Part shown: piece by piece, positions 8,465-15,393 of the stretch
Position numbering within the stretch: the stretch's first letter is position 1
Layout: each line of letters begins with the position of its first letter
Origin: an archaeon
Lineage (GTDB): Archaea; B1Sed10-29; JAJSAI01
Length of the DNA: 27,053 nucleotides
Direction: 5' to 3'
Assembly: GCA_024274695.1 (NCBI GenBank)
Contig: JAJSAI010000004.1
Coordinates: 1-27,053, forward strand
Made by a program: the position numbers and the translations under genes
The notes under the pieces: model-generated
The model's database searches: none
Seen by the model: only the letters and a program-made list of their open reading frames with translations
What the model was told of the DNA's origin: nothing

Positions 8465-9304
8465 ATGGACCTGCGGGAAGCTCTCGGAATGCTCGGTCTC
8501 TCCTCTTACGAGGCCAGGGCGTTCAGGTTCCTGTTGGATCATCCCAAGGCAAGTGCGGAAGAAGTGTCGCAGGGCTCTGGAATCCCGATGGCAAAAGTGT
8601 ACACTGTCCTTGGTAGCCTGGAAAAGAGAGGACTGGTCAGGACCTTCTTGTCCAGGCCCAAAAAGTATTCTCTCGTACCCCCAGAGGACCTAAGGAGAGC
8701 ATTCCTGGAGTCCAAGAAAAAGGAACTAGAAACGGCTGAAAAGGCTGTCGAAAAAATAGTCTCGGAAGCAGTCCTGCCAGAAGAAGAGGAAACCACAATC
8801 TTCACGGTCTACTCAGAGCAGGCAGTCTGGCGGGAGGTTGAAAGGATCAAGCTTTCCGCGAAAAGGTACGTGAAAAACCTCGGACCCGCGTTCCAATGGG
8901 AATACGCACTAAAACAAGAAAAACTGATACAAACCGTCCTGAAGATACTGAAAAGAGGTGTGAAAGTATACAACATCCTCCCGGACGACTATACCCCTAA
9001 TTTCAAGAGCCTCTCAACAAGCTTCATGAGGATGGCTGCCCACAAGAACGAGAACTTCAGAATACTAGACCACAACAAGATAGTGACTCCCATACAAGTG
9101 GCAGATGATTATTACATAGGAATCCCGTTCATTGACATGGAGCACAAAAAACTGATAGGAGGAATGGTCATCCACAGCCGGGAGCTCGGGGTGATAGCGT
9201 CCCACTATTTTGACATGCTCTGGGAACAAGCGGACCACGTTGAGGACAAGATACGCACGACAGCCAGGATAGAACTGGCAAAAAGAAAGATTACAAGGAG
9301 GTAA
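8465..9304 (+). CDS. TrmB-family transcriptional regulator 2
   Basis: LGLSSYEARAF...SAEEVSQGSGIPMAKVYTVLGSLEKRGLV...RPKKYSLVPP wHTH. C-terminal effector-binding domain ending YFDMLWEQA. Confidence 0.9.
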   Translation: MDLREALGMLGLSSYEARAFRFLLDHPKASAEEVSQGSGIPMAKVYTVLGSLEKRGLVRTFLSRPKKYSLVPPEDLRRAFLESKKKELETAEKAVEKIVSEAVLPEEEETTIFTVYSEQAVWREVERIKLSAKRYVKNLGPAFQWEYALKQEKLIQTVLKILKRGVKVYNILPDDYTPNFKSLSTSFMRMAAHKNENFRILDHNKIVTPIQVADDYYIGIPFIDMEHKKLIGGMVIHSRELGVIASHYFDMLWEQADHVEDKIRTTARIELAKRKITRR

Positions 9305-9312
9305 AAAAAGGA

Positions 9313-10167
9313 ATGCACGGGCTCGAGGACGAACTCAAAAAGTTCGGGCTGAACTCTTACCAGGCCAAGGCAGTCGTTTTCCTGCTGGAGAACCCTGATT
9401 CCACCGCGGAAGAGGTGTCAAAGTATTCTGGAATCCCCATGGCGAAAGTGTACCAGGTGCTCGACTCCCTCGTGAAAATGGGCCTGGCCTCGTATTCTCT
9501 GGGAAGACCAAAAAGATACTCTGCCCTGCCCGCGGACCAGATCGTGTCAAGGCTCGTTGGCAGGATAGAAGACAGGCTCGCGTCGCTGAAGGATTCTGCC
9601 AGAACTCTGCTGGAACAACTCTCGGAAGCGAGCGTGGAAGGAAGGCTCCAGCCAGTGAAGATAGTGGACTCAGAAGAAGGCGCGTGGGCGGAGTACGGCA
9701 AGATGGTGCGCAGGACGAAAGAATACATTTACAACACCTCAGATTCTCTCGGGTGGGACAGCGGTTACTCCCACGGGAACCTGATGCTTCCAGCGTACTA
9801 TGACCTCATCCAAAAAAGGAAAGTTAGGATAAGGTGCCTCTACCCTGATAATTACAATCTCCTGCACACGGTCACCCTGGTCCCTAAGGGAATTCGGAGA
9901 AAGCTTTTCAAAATATACTCTTATCCTGGGCACGAGGCGCGCAAGATAAAAAAGGATATAACCCTGTTCTTCTCAGTGTCTGACGACGAGAGAGTATTCC
10001 TTGTCCTCAGGGACGGGAACGAGATCGTGGGAGGCTTGTTCATAAACGATCCCTTGACCGCGAGGACGTTCAGGGAAGTGTACGACAAACTGTGGGAAAA
10101 AGGGGTTCCTGTAACCAGCCGGATGGTTGAGGCTGCAATAAGGTATGCGGGAAAACTGCTCAAGTAA
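9313..10167 (+). CDS. TrmB-family transcriptional regulator 3
   Basis: FGLNSYQAKA...TAEEVSKYSGIPMAKVYQVLDSLVKMGL...GRPKRYSALP wHTH. C-terminal domain ending YDKLWEKG. Confidence 0.9.
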   Translation: MHGLEDELKKFGLNSYQAKAVVFLLENPDSTAEEVSKYSGIPMAKVYQVLDSLVKMGLASYSLGRPKRYSALPADQIVSRLVGRIEDRLASLKDSARTLLEQLSEASVEGRLQPVKIVDSEEGAWAEYGKMVRRTKEYIYNTSDSLGWDSGYSHGNLMLPAYYDLIQKRKVRIRCLYPDNYNLLHTVTLVPKGIRRKLFKIYSYPGHEARKIKKDITLFFSVSDDERVFLVLRDGNEIVGGLFINDPLTARTFREVYDKLWEKGVPVTSRMVEAAIRYAGKLLK

Positions 10168-10207
10168 ACCTTTTCTCGGTTTAATCCGGGCGCGGAAGGG
10201 ATATAAA
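10165..10207 (+). promoter_or_regulatory. Operator copy 3 (TAAACC-ttttctc-GGTTTA, 10165-10183) and TATA box ATATAAA (10201-10207)
   Basis: Same palindrome and 7-nt spacer, 17 bp upstream of a TATA box before the methyltransferase. Confidence 0.7.
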
Positions 10208-10243
10208 CTCTTGTTCTCCTTCTTAGAGTAAGAGGGGGTTATC

Positions 10244-10864
10244 GTGAAAAGACTCTACTCTGAGGGGGTCAAGTACTACGAGGACAACCCGCCCAATCCC
10301 ACGAGAGTGTACGAGAACTGGCTGGAGCTCTTGAAGAAGACGGATTACGCGAGCGTGCTTGACATAGGGTGCGGGCTGGGAGACTTTACCCAGATGCTGC
10401 GGGACGAAGGATACGAAGTGACCGGGATAGACAGTTCAGAGCAAATGATCCGGGCCGCAAGAAAAAGGCATCCTGAGTGCAGGTTCGTGCACGCGAACGC
10501 GGTGGACTACAAGCCAGCGCAAGAGCTGGGAATAATGGCGTTCACGGTCCTGCCACACCTCTCCCCAAAGGAACTCGGGGCCCTGTTCAAGAGGATGGGG
10601 CAAGGTGACTATACTAAGGCCTTGTGGTTCGACTACCCCAAGTACGTGAAACAACTGCTGGACGGGGTCACGAGCATGCCGGGAATAGACTTTGTCTTCC
10701 ACCACACGGGCAGGATAGAATACCATGTGGGAGAGTACGAGGAAGAGCTGTGGCTGGTCACACCCTCGCTCGTGGAAGCCCTGACAGGAGCCTGCGGGCT
10801 TGACTCCAGGACCCTAAAAGAAGGCAGGATAAGGTACTATCAAGAGTGCACGCTCGGGAACTAA
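10244..10864 (+). CDS. Class I SAM-dependent methyltransferase
   Basis: Motif I VLDIGCGLG, VTGIDSSEQMI and FVHANA. Confidence 0.9.
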   Translation: MKRLYSEGVKYYEDNPPNPTRVYENWLELLKKTDYASVLDIGCGLGDFTQMLRDEGYEVTGIDSSEQMIRAARKRHPECRFVHANAVDYKPAQELGIMAFTVLPHLSPKELGALFKRMGQGDYTKALWFDYPKYVKQLLDGVTSMPGIDFVFHHTGRIEYHVGEYEEELWLVTPSLVEALTGACGLDSRTLKEGRIRYYQECTLGN

Positions 10865-10935
10865 ACCCTTTACAGGTTTAATCGTGTTGCAGATTCTTTA
10901 TAAACCTGTTCTGCTGGTTTAGTTCCAGGAGGTGA
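10862..10935 (+). promoter_or_regulatory. Operator copy 4 (TAAACC-ctttaca-GGTTTA, 10862-10880), GTTGCA, TATA TTTATAAA (10897-10904) and RBS GGAGGTGA (10928-10935)
   Basis: Full promoter and strong RBS ahead of ATG 10941. A second TAAACC-N9-GGTTTA overlaps the TATA box (10901-10921). Confidence 0.75.
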
Positions 10936-10940
10936 CGAGA

Positions 10941-11039
10941 ATGGTGTGGAGCTTGGTTGCTGAAAACGCTGGAGGAGACGAGTACAGAGAGTGGGGGACC
11001 TGGATAGACACGTACGGTGAGAGAGAGGAGGACGAATGA
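10941..11039 (+). CDS. Putative RiPP precursor peptide 1 (32 aa): MVWSLVAENAGGDEYREWGTWIDTYGEREEDE
   Basis: Missed by the ORF track. Strong RBS and own promoter, directly upstream of a radical SAM gene. Aromatic residues at 3-residue spacing. Aligns with peptide 2. Confidence 0.8.
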   Translation: MVWSLVAENAGGDEYREWGTWIDTYGEREEDE

Positions 11040-11054
11040 AAAAAGTGAGCAAGA

Positions 11055-12875
11055 ATGCAAGGGAGAAAGCTTCCTGACGGCAGGTTCGAAGGAGAAGGAC
11101 AAGCTGAGGACACACTGTTGCTGGAGAAAGTGTGCAATGCCTTCGGCCTACCGGCAGGAGAAGAAAGGGAGGTGAGGGCAGGGCTCAGGCAAAAGCTTTC
11201 CCAGGACCCAAAAGAATTCCTGCAGGGGATCAAGAGACTCAAGCAAGAAAATCCTCCCAGGCTCGCGGGAGTCCTACTGGAAATGGTGGGGTCAGCGGTC
11301 TCAGGCAGGCTCTGGAAAGCCCTAAGAAAAGAGTGCGAGCACGCGGGGATCGACTTCTTCCAGGCAGTCTCGCGTGTGAAAAGCCCTCTACTGCACGGGA
11401 GGACAGTAGAACAAGAGTTCGAAGGTTATCCTGAAAGAGTAAGACTATTGCTAACTGTAATGCAGGAGCTCGCGAACTTTGAGGAGAAAACCCTGTGGTA
11501 CTACTGGAAAGAAAAAAGGGAAGAACAGTACATCATTCCTCCCCTGGAAAGAGTCTCGCAGGATCCACCAATATTCCTGAATCCTGAGACAGGCGGCTGG
11601 GCAGTGGTAACAGACCCGAGCCTGCTGGACCCTGCAAGGTACGCTGGCAGGGGGCAGATGCTCCAGGCGGAAGTGCAGGGCACCGCGTACATCAGTGAAG
11701 GAGTCCTGACAGAACAGGAAAAGAAAGATCTTGACGCTCTGGTCAAGGCAAGGGTAGCATACCACACGGGATCCAACACCCCCTCTCTCATGGAAGTAAG
11801 GTTCAGGCCAACGTTCCTGTCAATAATGCTAACAGAAAAATGCAACTTCGCGTGCGAGTACTGCTACCAGGACCATGACCCAGGAAAAAAGGAGGCTAAC
11901 GCGAGAGAACTTGACGCGCAGGCGAGCAGGATCCTGTCCTGGTTCAGGACCATAAAGAGCATAGAATTCTTCGGAGGAGAACCCCTTCTAGAACTAGGAA
12001 AGCTTAGGATGCTCCTGCTTAACGAGCTCGTCAGGGCAAGAGACCTGTTCATGGAAACCAACGGAAACCTGCTCACCAGGGAGGTCGCCAGGCTCCTCAA
12101 GGTGCACGGGGTGAGCGTGGGAGTGAGCCTTGACGGCCCGCCGGAAAAGAACAGACACAGGAAAACAAGGGCAGGAGAACAAGCGTACGAGACCGCGGTC
12201 AGGGCAATGGAAAACCTTAAGGCAGAGGGACATTCTTATGGAATGATCTCCGTCCTGACCCCCTCTAACGCGGGAATGGGAGAAGACTTCCTTGAGTGGG
12301 CTGAAGAACTTGGAGTCCACTCCTTTCACGTGAACTACTGCAACCATCCTGAACTCGCTCCCAGCGCAGGGCAGGCGTTCGAGTTCTTCAAGAAAACCTT
12401 TGAAGCGTACGTCGAACAAGAGCACTACAAGAGAATAGGGTACTCTAACTTCAAGTGGGCGATCGAAGCCCTTTCAACACCCCAACACCAGAGGAGCCTA
12501 ATGTGCGGCAGGAGCCCGTGCGGGGCGGGCATCGCGCACCTGACCATAACCCCTGACGCTAGGATCGCCCCGTGCCCAAGGCTCTCGGAAAACAGGGTCA
12601 GCCCAGAGAACACCTCCGACCTTTTCAGAAGGTTCTGGAGCGTGTACTCTCACAACATACTGACCACGAGCCCCTGCTCAGAATGCGCGTACCGGAACCT
12701 CTGCACAGGAGCGTGTCCTGAAACAAGCTCAGGAAAAGTGTTCCGGGAATACTGCAGGTTCCAGAGAATGCTCTGGCCCTGGCTCATGCAGAAAGTCTAC
12801 GAGAACCCGAAATACCTGGAGGCGGTAAAAAGATGGAAGAGGCTGAAGGTCTCACCAATTACCCCGGGACCGTGA
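11055..12875 (+). CDS. Radical SAM/SPASM peptide maturase 1 with long N-terminal extension
   Basis: CNFACEYC (CxxxCxxC), FFGGEPLL, ETNGNLL and VSLDGP. SPASM cysteines MCGRSPCGAG...APC...CSECAYRNLCTGAC...YC. RRE-like segment FLNPETGGWAVV before the catalytic core. Confidence 0.9.
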   Translation: MQGRKLPDGRFEGEGQAEDTLLLEKVCNAFGLPAGEEREVRAGLRQKLSQDPKEFLQGIKRLKQENPPRLAGVLLEMVGSAVSGRLWKALRKECEHAGIDFFQAVSRVKSPLLHGRTVEQEFEGYPERVRLLLTVMQELANFEEKTLWYYWKEKREEQYIIPPLERVSQDPPIFLNPETGGWAVVTDPSLLDPARYAGRGQMLQAEVQGTAYISEGVLTEQEKKDLDALVKARVAYHTGSNTPSLMEVRFRPTFLSIMLTEKCNFACEYCYQDHDPGKKEANARELDAQASRILSWFRTIKSIEFFGGEPLLELGKLRMLLLNELVRARDLFMETNGNLLTREVARLLKVHGVSVGVSLDGPPEKNRHRKTRAGEQAYETAVRAMENLKAEGHSYGMISVLTPSNAGMGEDFLEWAEELGVHSFHVNYCNHPELAPSAGQAFEFFKKTFEAYVEQEHYKRIGYSNFKWAIEALSTPQHQRSLMCGRSPCGAGIAHLTITPDARIAPCPRLSENRVSPENTSDLFRRFWSVYSHNILTTSPCSECAYRNLCTGACPETSSGKVFREYCRFQRMLWPWLMQKVYENPKYLEAVKRWKRLKVSPITPGP

Positions 12876-13144
12876 AGGGAACACTAATAACGAACGTTGA
12901 AAACGCTACAAGGTATCCTGACCCAGTACTGTACTGTGACAATTTCCTGATAGACCACGTGGTCTACTTGGACAGGCTCAAAGCAGTCCTGATACGGAGG
13001 AAGAACTTCTTGTGCCACGCGGCAATAGTCTGCAGGGAAAAGAAGATCCCGTCCGCTGTGGGAGTTGAGATCAGGGAACCGAAAGAAGGGGCTAGGGTCA
13101 CCGTGCACGCGGACACTGTCAAAACAAGAGTGGTGCTAGAGTAA
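12833..13144 (+). CDS. Stand-alone PEP-utilising enzyme mobile (phosphohistidine swivel) domain 1
   Basis: GLTNYPGTVKG start and LCHAAIVCREKKIPSAVG phospho-His signature. RBS GGAGGCGG. Overlaps the end of the rSAM gene. Confidence 0.8.
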   Translation: MEEAEGLTNYPGTVKGTLITNVENATRYPDPVLYCDNFLIDHVVYLDRLKAVLIRRKNFLCHAAIVCREKKIPSAVGVEIREPKEGARVTVHADTVKTRVVLE

Positions 13145-13215
13145 ACTTTTCCCCAGTTTATTCTGGTTGCAGAATCTTTTTATTACTCTTCCGCAGGGTT
13201 ATTTTCTGGAGGTGG
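13142..13215 (+). promoter_or_regulatory. Operator copy 5 (TAAACT-tttcccc-AGTTTA, 13142-13160), GTTGCA, TATA TTTTTATTA (13177-13185) and RBS GGAGGTGG (13208-13215)
   Basis: Symmetric C>T/G>A change keeps the palindrome. Same architecture as the 10862 promoter. Confidence 0.75.
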
Positions 13216-13220
13216 TTTTG

Positions 13221-13376
13221 ATGGCGGAGTACATGACATCCTCGTGCACGAGCGGAGGGGATGACTGGCCCAGGTACTCCAAGTCAGGAGGGTACTCAAG
13301 GTCAGGAGGCTGGGGAGAGTACGAGGACTGGAGAGACCACTACAACAAGTACTATGACAGGGACGAGTACGATTAA
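13221..13376 (+). CDS. Putative RiPP precursor peptide 2 (51 aa): MAEYMTSSCTSGGDDWPRYSKSGGYSRSGGWGEYEDWRDHYNKYYDRDEYD
   Basis: RBS before ATG 13221. Trp/Tyr-rich with repeated aromatic-x-x units. Directly upstream of the second radical SAM gene. Confidence 0.85.
   Translation: MAEYMTSSCTSGGDDWPRYSKSGGYSRSGGWGEYEDWRDHYNKYYDRDEYD
13273..13308 (+). repeat. 18-bp tandem repeat in precursor 2 (YSKSGG/YSRSGG)
   Basis: ggtactccaagtcaggag followed by ggtactcaaggtcaggag. Confidence 0.75.
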
Positions 13377-13410
13377 TTGGGGTGTGAGGTTGGAAGGCTG
13401 GTCGCAGGTA

Positions 13411-15393
13411 ATGAAGTTCGGGAGGATAAAAAGCATTTCAAGCGGGCTTGAGGACATGAAGCCCGCTGAAAGCCTTTTTTCTGTAATGCTCGGGAAAAGG
13501 CTTGAGCACCTGAAAAGGGAGTACGGGATAGAGGCAAGGGTGAACGAGAAGGGCGCGTGGGTCACGCGCGAGAGCAGGATCACAGCATACAAGCGGTTCC
13601 TGGCAGACCCGGAATACCGGAAGAAAATCCTGAGGCTGCGGATGAGGGACTACGAGCAGGAAGAACCTGAAGACCCGTGGGAAAAGAAGGAGTACTGGGA
13701 GAGGATGGCTGAAGAGCACGCTGAAGAAATGCTGCTCGTGACAATCTTGTACAGCATGCTGTCAAGAAAGGCTGAAGACCTCATCCTCTCAGGAGCCCCT
13801 CCTGAACTGCTCGCGTCACCTGACCCAGACTGGACTGAAAGAATAGGACCAACACACCCTTTCGTAGCATTTATTGAAGGAGGAGAGTGTGACTGGAGGA
13901 AGACAAGGGCAAAGAACAAGGACGCGTACAAGAGGGCCAGAGAACTCAGAAAGAGCGTGGACGAGAACGTCTTCAAGATAATGAGGCTCGCCAGCGCCAT
14001 GGCAAACCAGTACTCAAAAAAGGACTATGACGAGATCGTGTTCAGCAAGTACTCTTTCGCAAGATCGCAGAACTTTTTGGCTGACGACATAGAGTTCACG
14101 GGAAACAAGGCCGTGAACCGGGTGAACGGAAGGATAGCCAGGATCACTGAAGAAGAAAAAACGCTTCTGGAAAAGGCCTTGAAAGGGCCTTTGCTGTTCT
14201 CGGACATCAGCAGAAGAGAGTACTCCCTGCTCAAGAGCCTGCACGAGGCAGGGCTCGTGAGACTGAACGGAAGGTACCACGCCAGCGCGAGGCCCAGGGT
14301 CCCGGGAATCGAAGAGGACAGCGCCATAGTGGTGGTGAGGGTCACTGACGCGTGCAACCTCGCGTGCGAGTACTGTTACGCTAACGCGGGAAAAAGAACT
14401 GGCACCGTGTCCGAGGAGACAGTAATTAACGCGGTGAAGGTGTTCTCCCAGTACTATCCTCGGCTGACCGTGGAATTTCACGGAGGAGAACCCTTCCTCT
14501 ATTTTGACTCCTGGATAGGGACCGTGAACAGGATAAGGCGCTTGAACTGGCCTGTTGACTTCGCGGTGCAGACTAATGCCACGCTAATAGACCCGGACAA
14601 GGCAAGAAAGCTTTCCCTTAACAGGGTGAGCGTGGGAGTGAGCCTTGACGGGCCGAAGGAAATGCATGACAAGGCCAGGCATGATGCCGCTGGCAAGGGA
14701 TCCTGGGACGATGTGATGAGAGGAATAAGCGTGCTAAGGAAGTGGAACCTGTTCGCTGGAGTCATAACGACCGTGGGAGAGCACAACGCCAGACCGAGGG
14801 AACTCCTTGACTTTTATCTTGACAACGATATCACGAGGGTCAAGCTCAATCCCCTGTGGGAGTGGGGCAGGGGGAAGGGCAAGGGCATGAAAAGAGAAAA
14901 GTTCCACTGGTTCTACAAGGCATTCATAGAAGCCACTGTCAACGCCAGGCTGCAGGGAGAAAAACTGGTCAAGGAATCCAACTTTAAGGACATAATCGTC
15001 ACCCTCTCCTCCGGCAGGACAAGGTACATGTGCTTCCAGAACCCCTGCGGCGCTGGGAGAAGAATGTTCGGAGTAGACCACGACGGGACAGTGTACCCGT
15101 GCGAAGAGTTCACGGGAAACAAGGAGTTCGCGGGGCCCAACATCAACAAGGTCAAGAACGTGCTCCAGATCTTCTCCCACCCGGTAGTCTCTGGAGTGAG
15201 GGGGAGGATGCTGGAAGAGGACAGGCTGCCCTGCGGCCCGGGCTACTGCAAGTCAGCGTTCCTGCAGACAGGACGCCCCAGAGGATCCTGGGACGGCCTG
15301 CTTGAGTGGGCGTTCGACCTGCTCAAGGAAGAGCCCTGGCTGGCCAGGGAGTACGGGGTGAACATAGAATGGAAGAAGAGTTCGAGGGAGTGA
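13411..15393 (+). CDS. Radical SAM peptide maturase 2 with long N-terminal extension, RRE-like domain and shortened SPASM/Twitch region
   Basis: CNLACEYC, FHGGEPFL, QTNATLI, VSLDGP and MCFQNPCGAG...VYPCEE. PqqD/RRE-like NRVNGRIARITEEEKTLLE...LLKSLHEAGLV. Start uncertain (GTG 13384, TTG 13390 or ATG 13411); the ORF-track start 13261 overlaps the precursor gene. Confidence 0.85.
   Translation: MKFGRIKSISSGLEDMKPAESLFSVMLGKRLEHLKREYGIEARVNEKGAWVTRESRITAYKRFLADPEYRKKILRLRMRDYEQEEPEDPWEKKEYWERMAEEHAEEMLLVTILYSMLSRKAEDLILSGAPPELLASPDPDWTERIGPTHPFVAFIEGGECDWRKTRAKNKDAYKRARELRKSVDENVFKIMRLASAMANQYSKKDYDEIVFSKYSFARSQNFLADDIEFTGNKAVNRVNGRIARITEEEKTLLEKALKGPLLFSDISRREYSLLKSLHEAGLVRLNGRYHASARPRVPGIEEDSAIVVVRVTDACNLACEYCYANAGKRTGTVSEETVINAVKVFSQYYPRLTVEFHGGEPFLYFDSWIGTVNRIRRLNWPVDFAVQTNATLIDPDKARKLSLNRVSVGVSLDGPKEMHDKARHDAAGKGSWDDVMRGISVLRKWNLFAGVITTVGEHNARPRELLDFYLDNDITRVKLNPLWEWGRGKGKGMKREKFHWFYKAFIEATVNARLQGEKLVKESNFKDIIVTLSSGRTRYMCFQNPCGAGRRMFGVDHDGTVYPCEEFTGNKEFAGPNINKVKNVLQIFSHPVVSGVRGRMLEEDRLPCGPGYCKSAFLQTGRPRGSWDGLLEWAFDLLKEEPWLAREYGVNIEWKKSSRE

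Noticed and set aside
10165-13160. TAAACC...GGTTTA read as terminator hairpins because three copies begin at a TAA stop codon
   Set aside because: Not preferred. The copies at 80 and 5251(-) follow no gene end, the spacer is fixed at 7 nt and the distance to TATA is constant. A dual role is not excluded.
13261-13410. ORF-track N-terminal extension of rSAM2 (MTGPGTPSQEG...)
   Set aside because: It is an out-of-frame reading of the precursor-peptide gene, which has the RBS. The real start is downstream of 13376.
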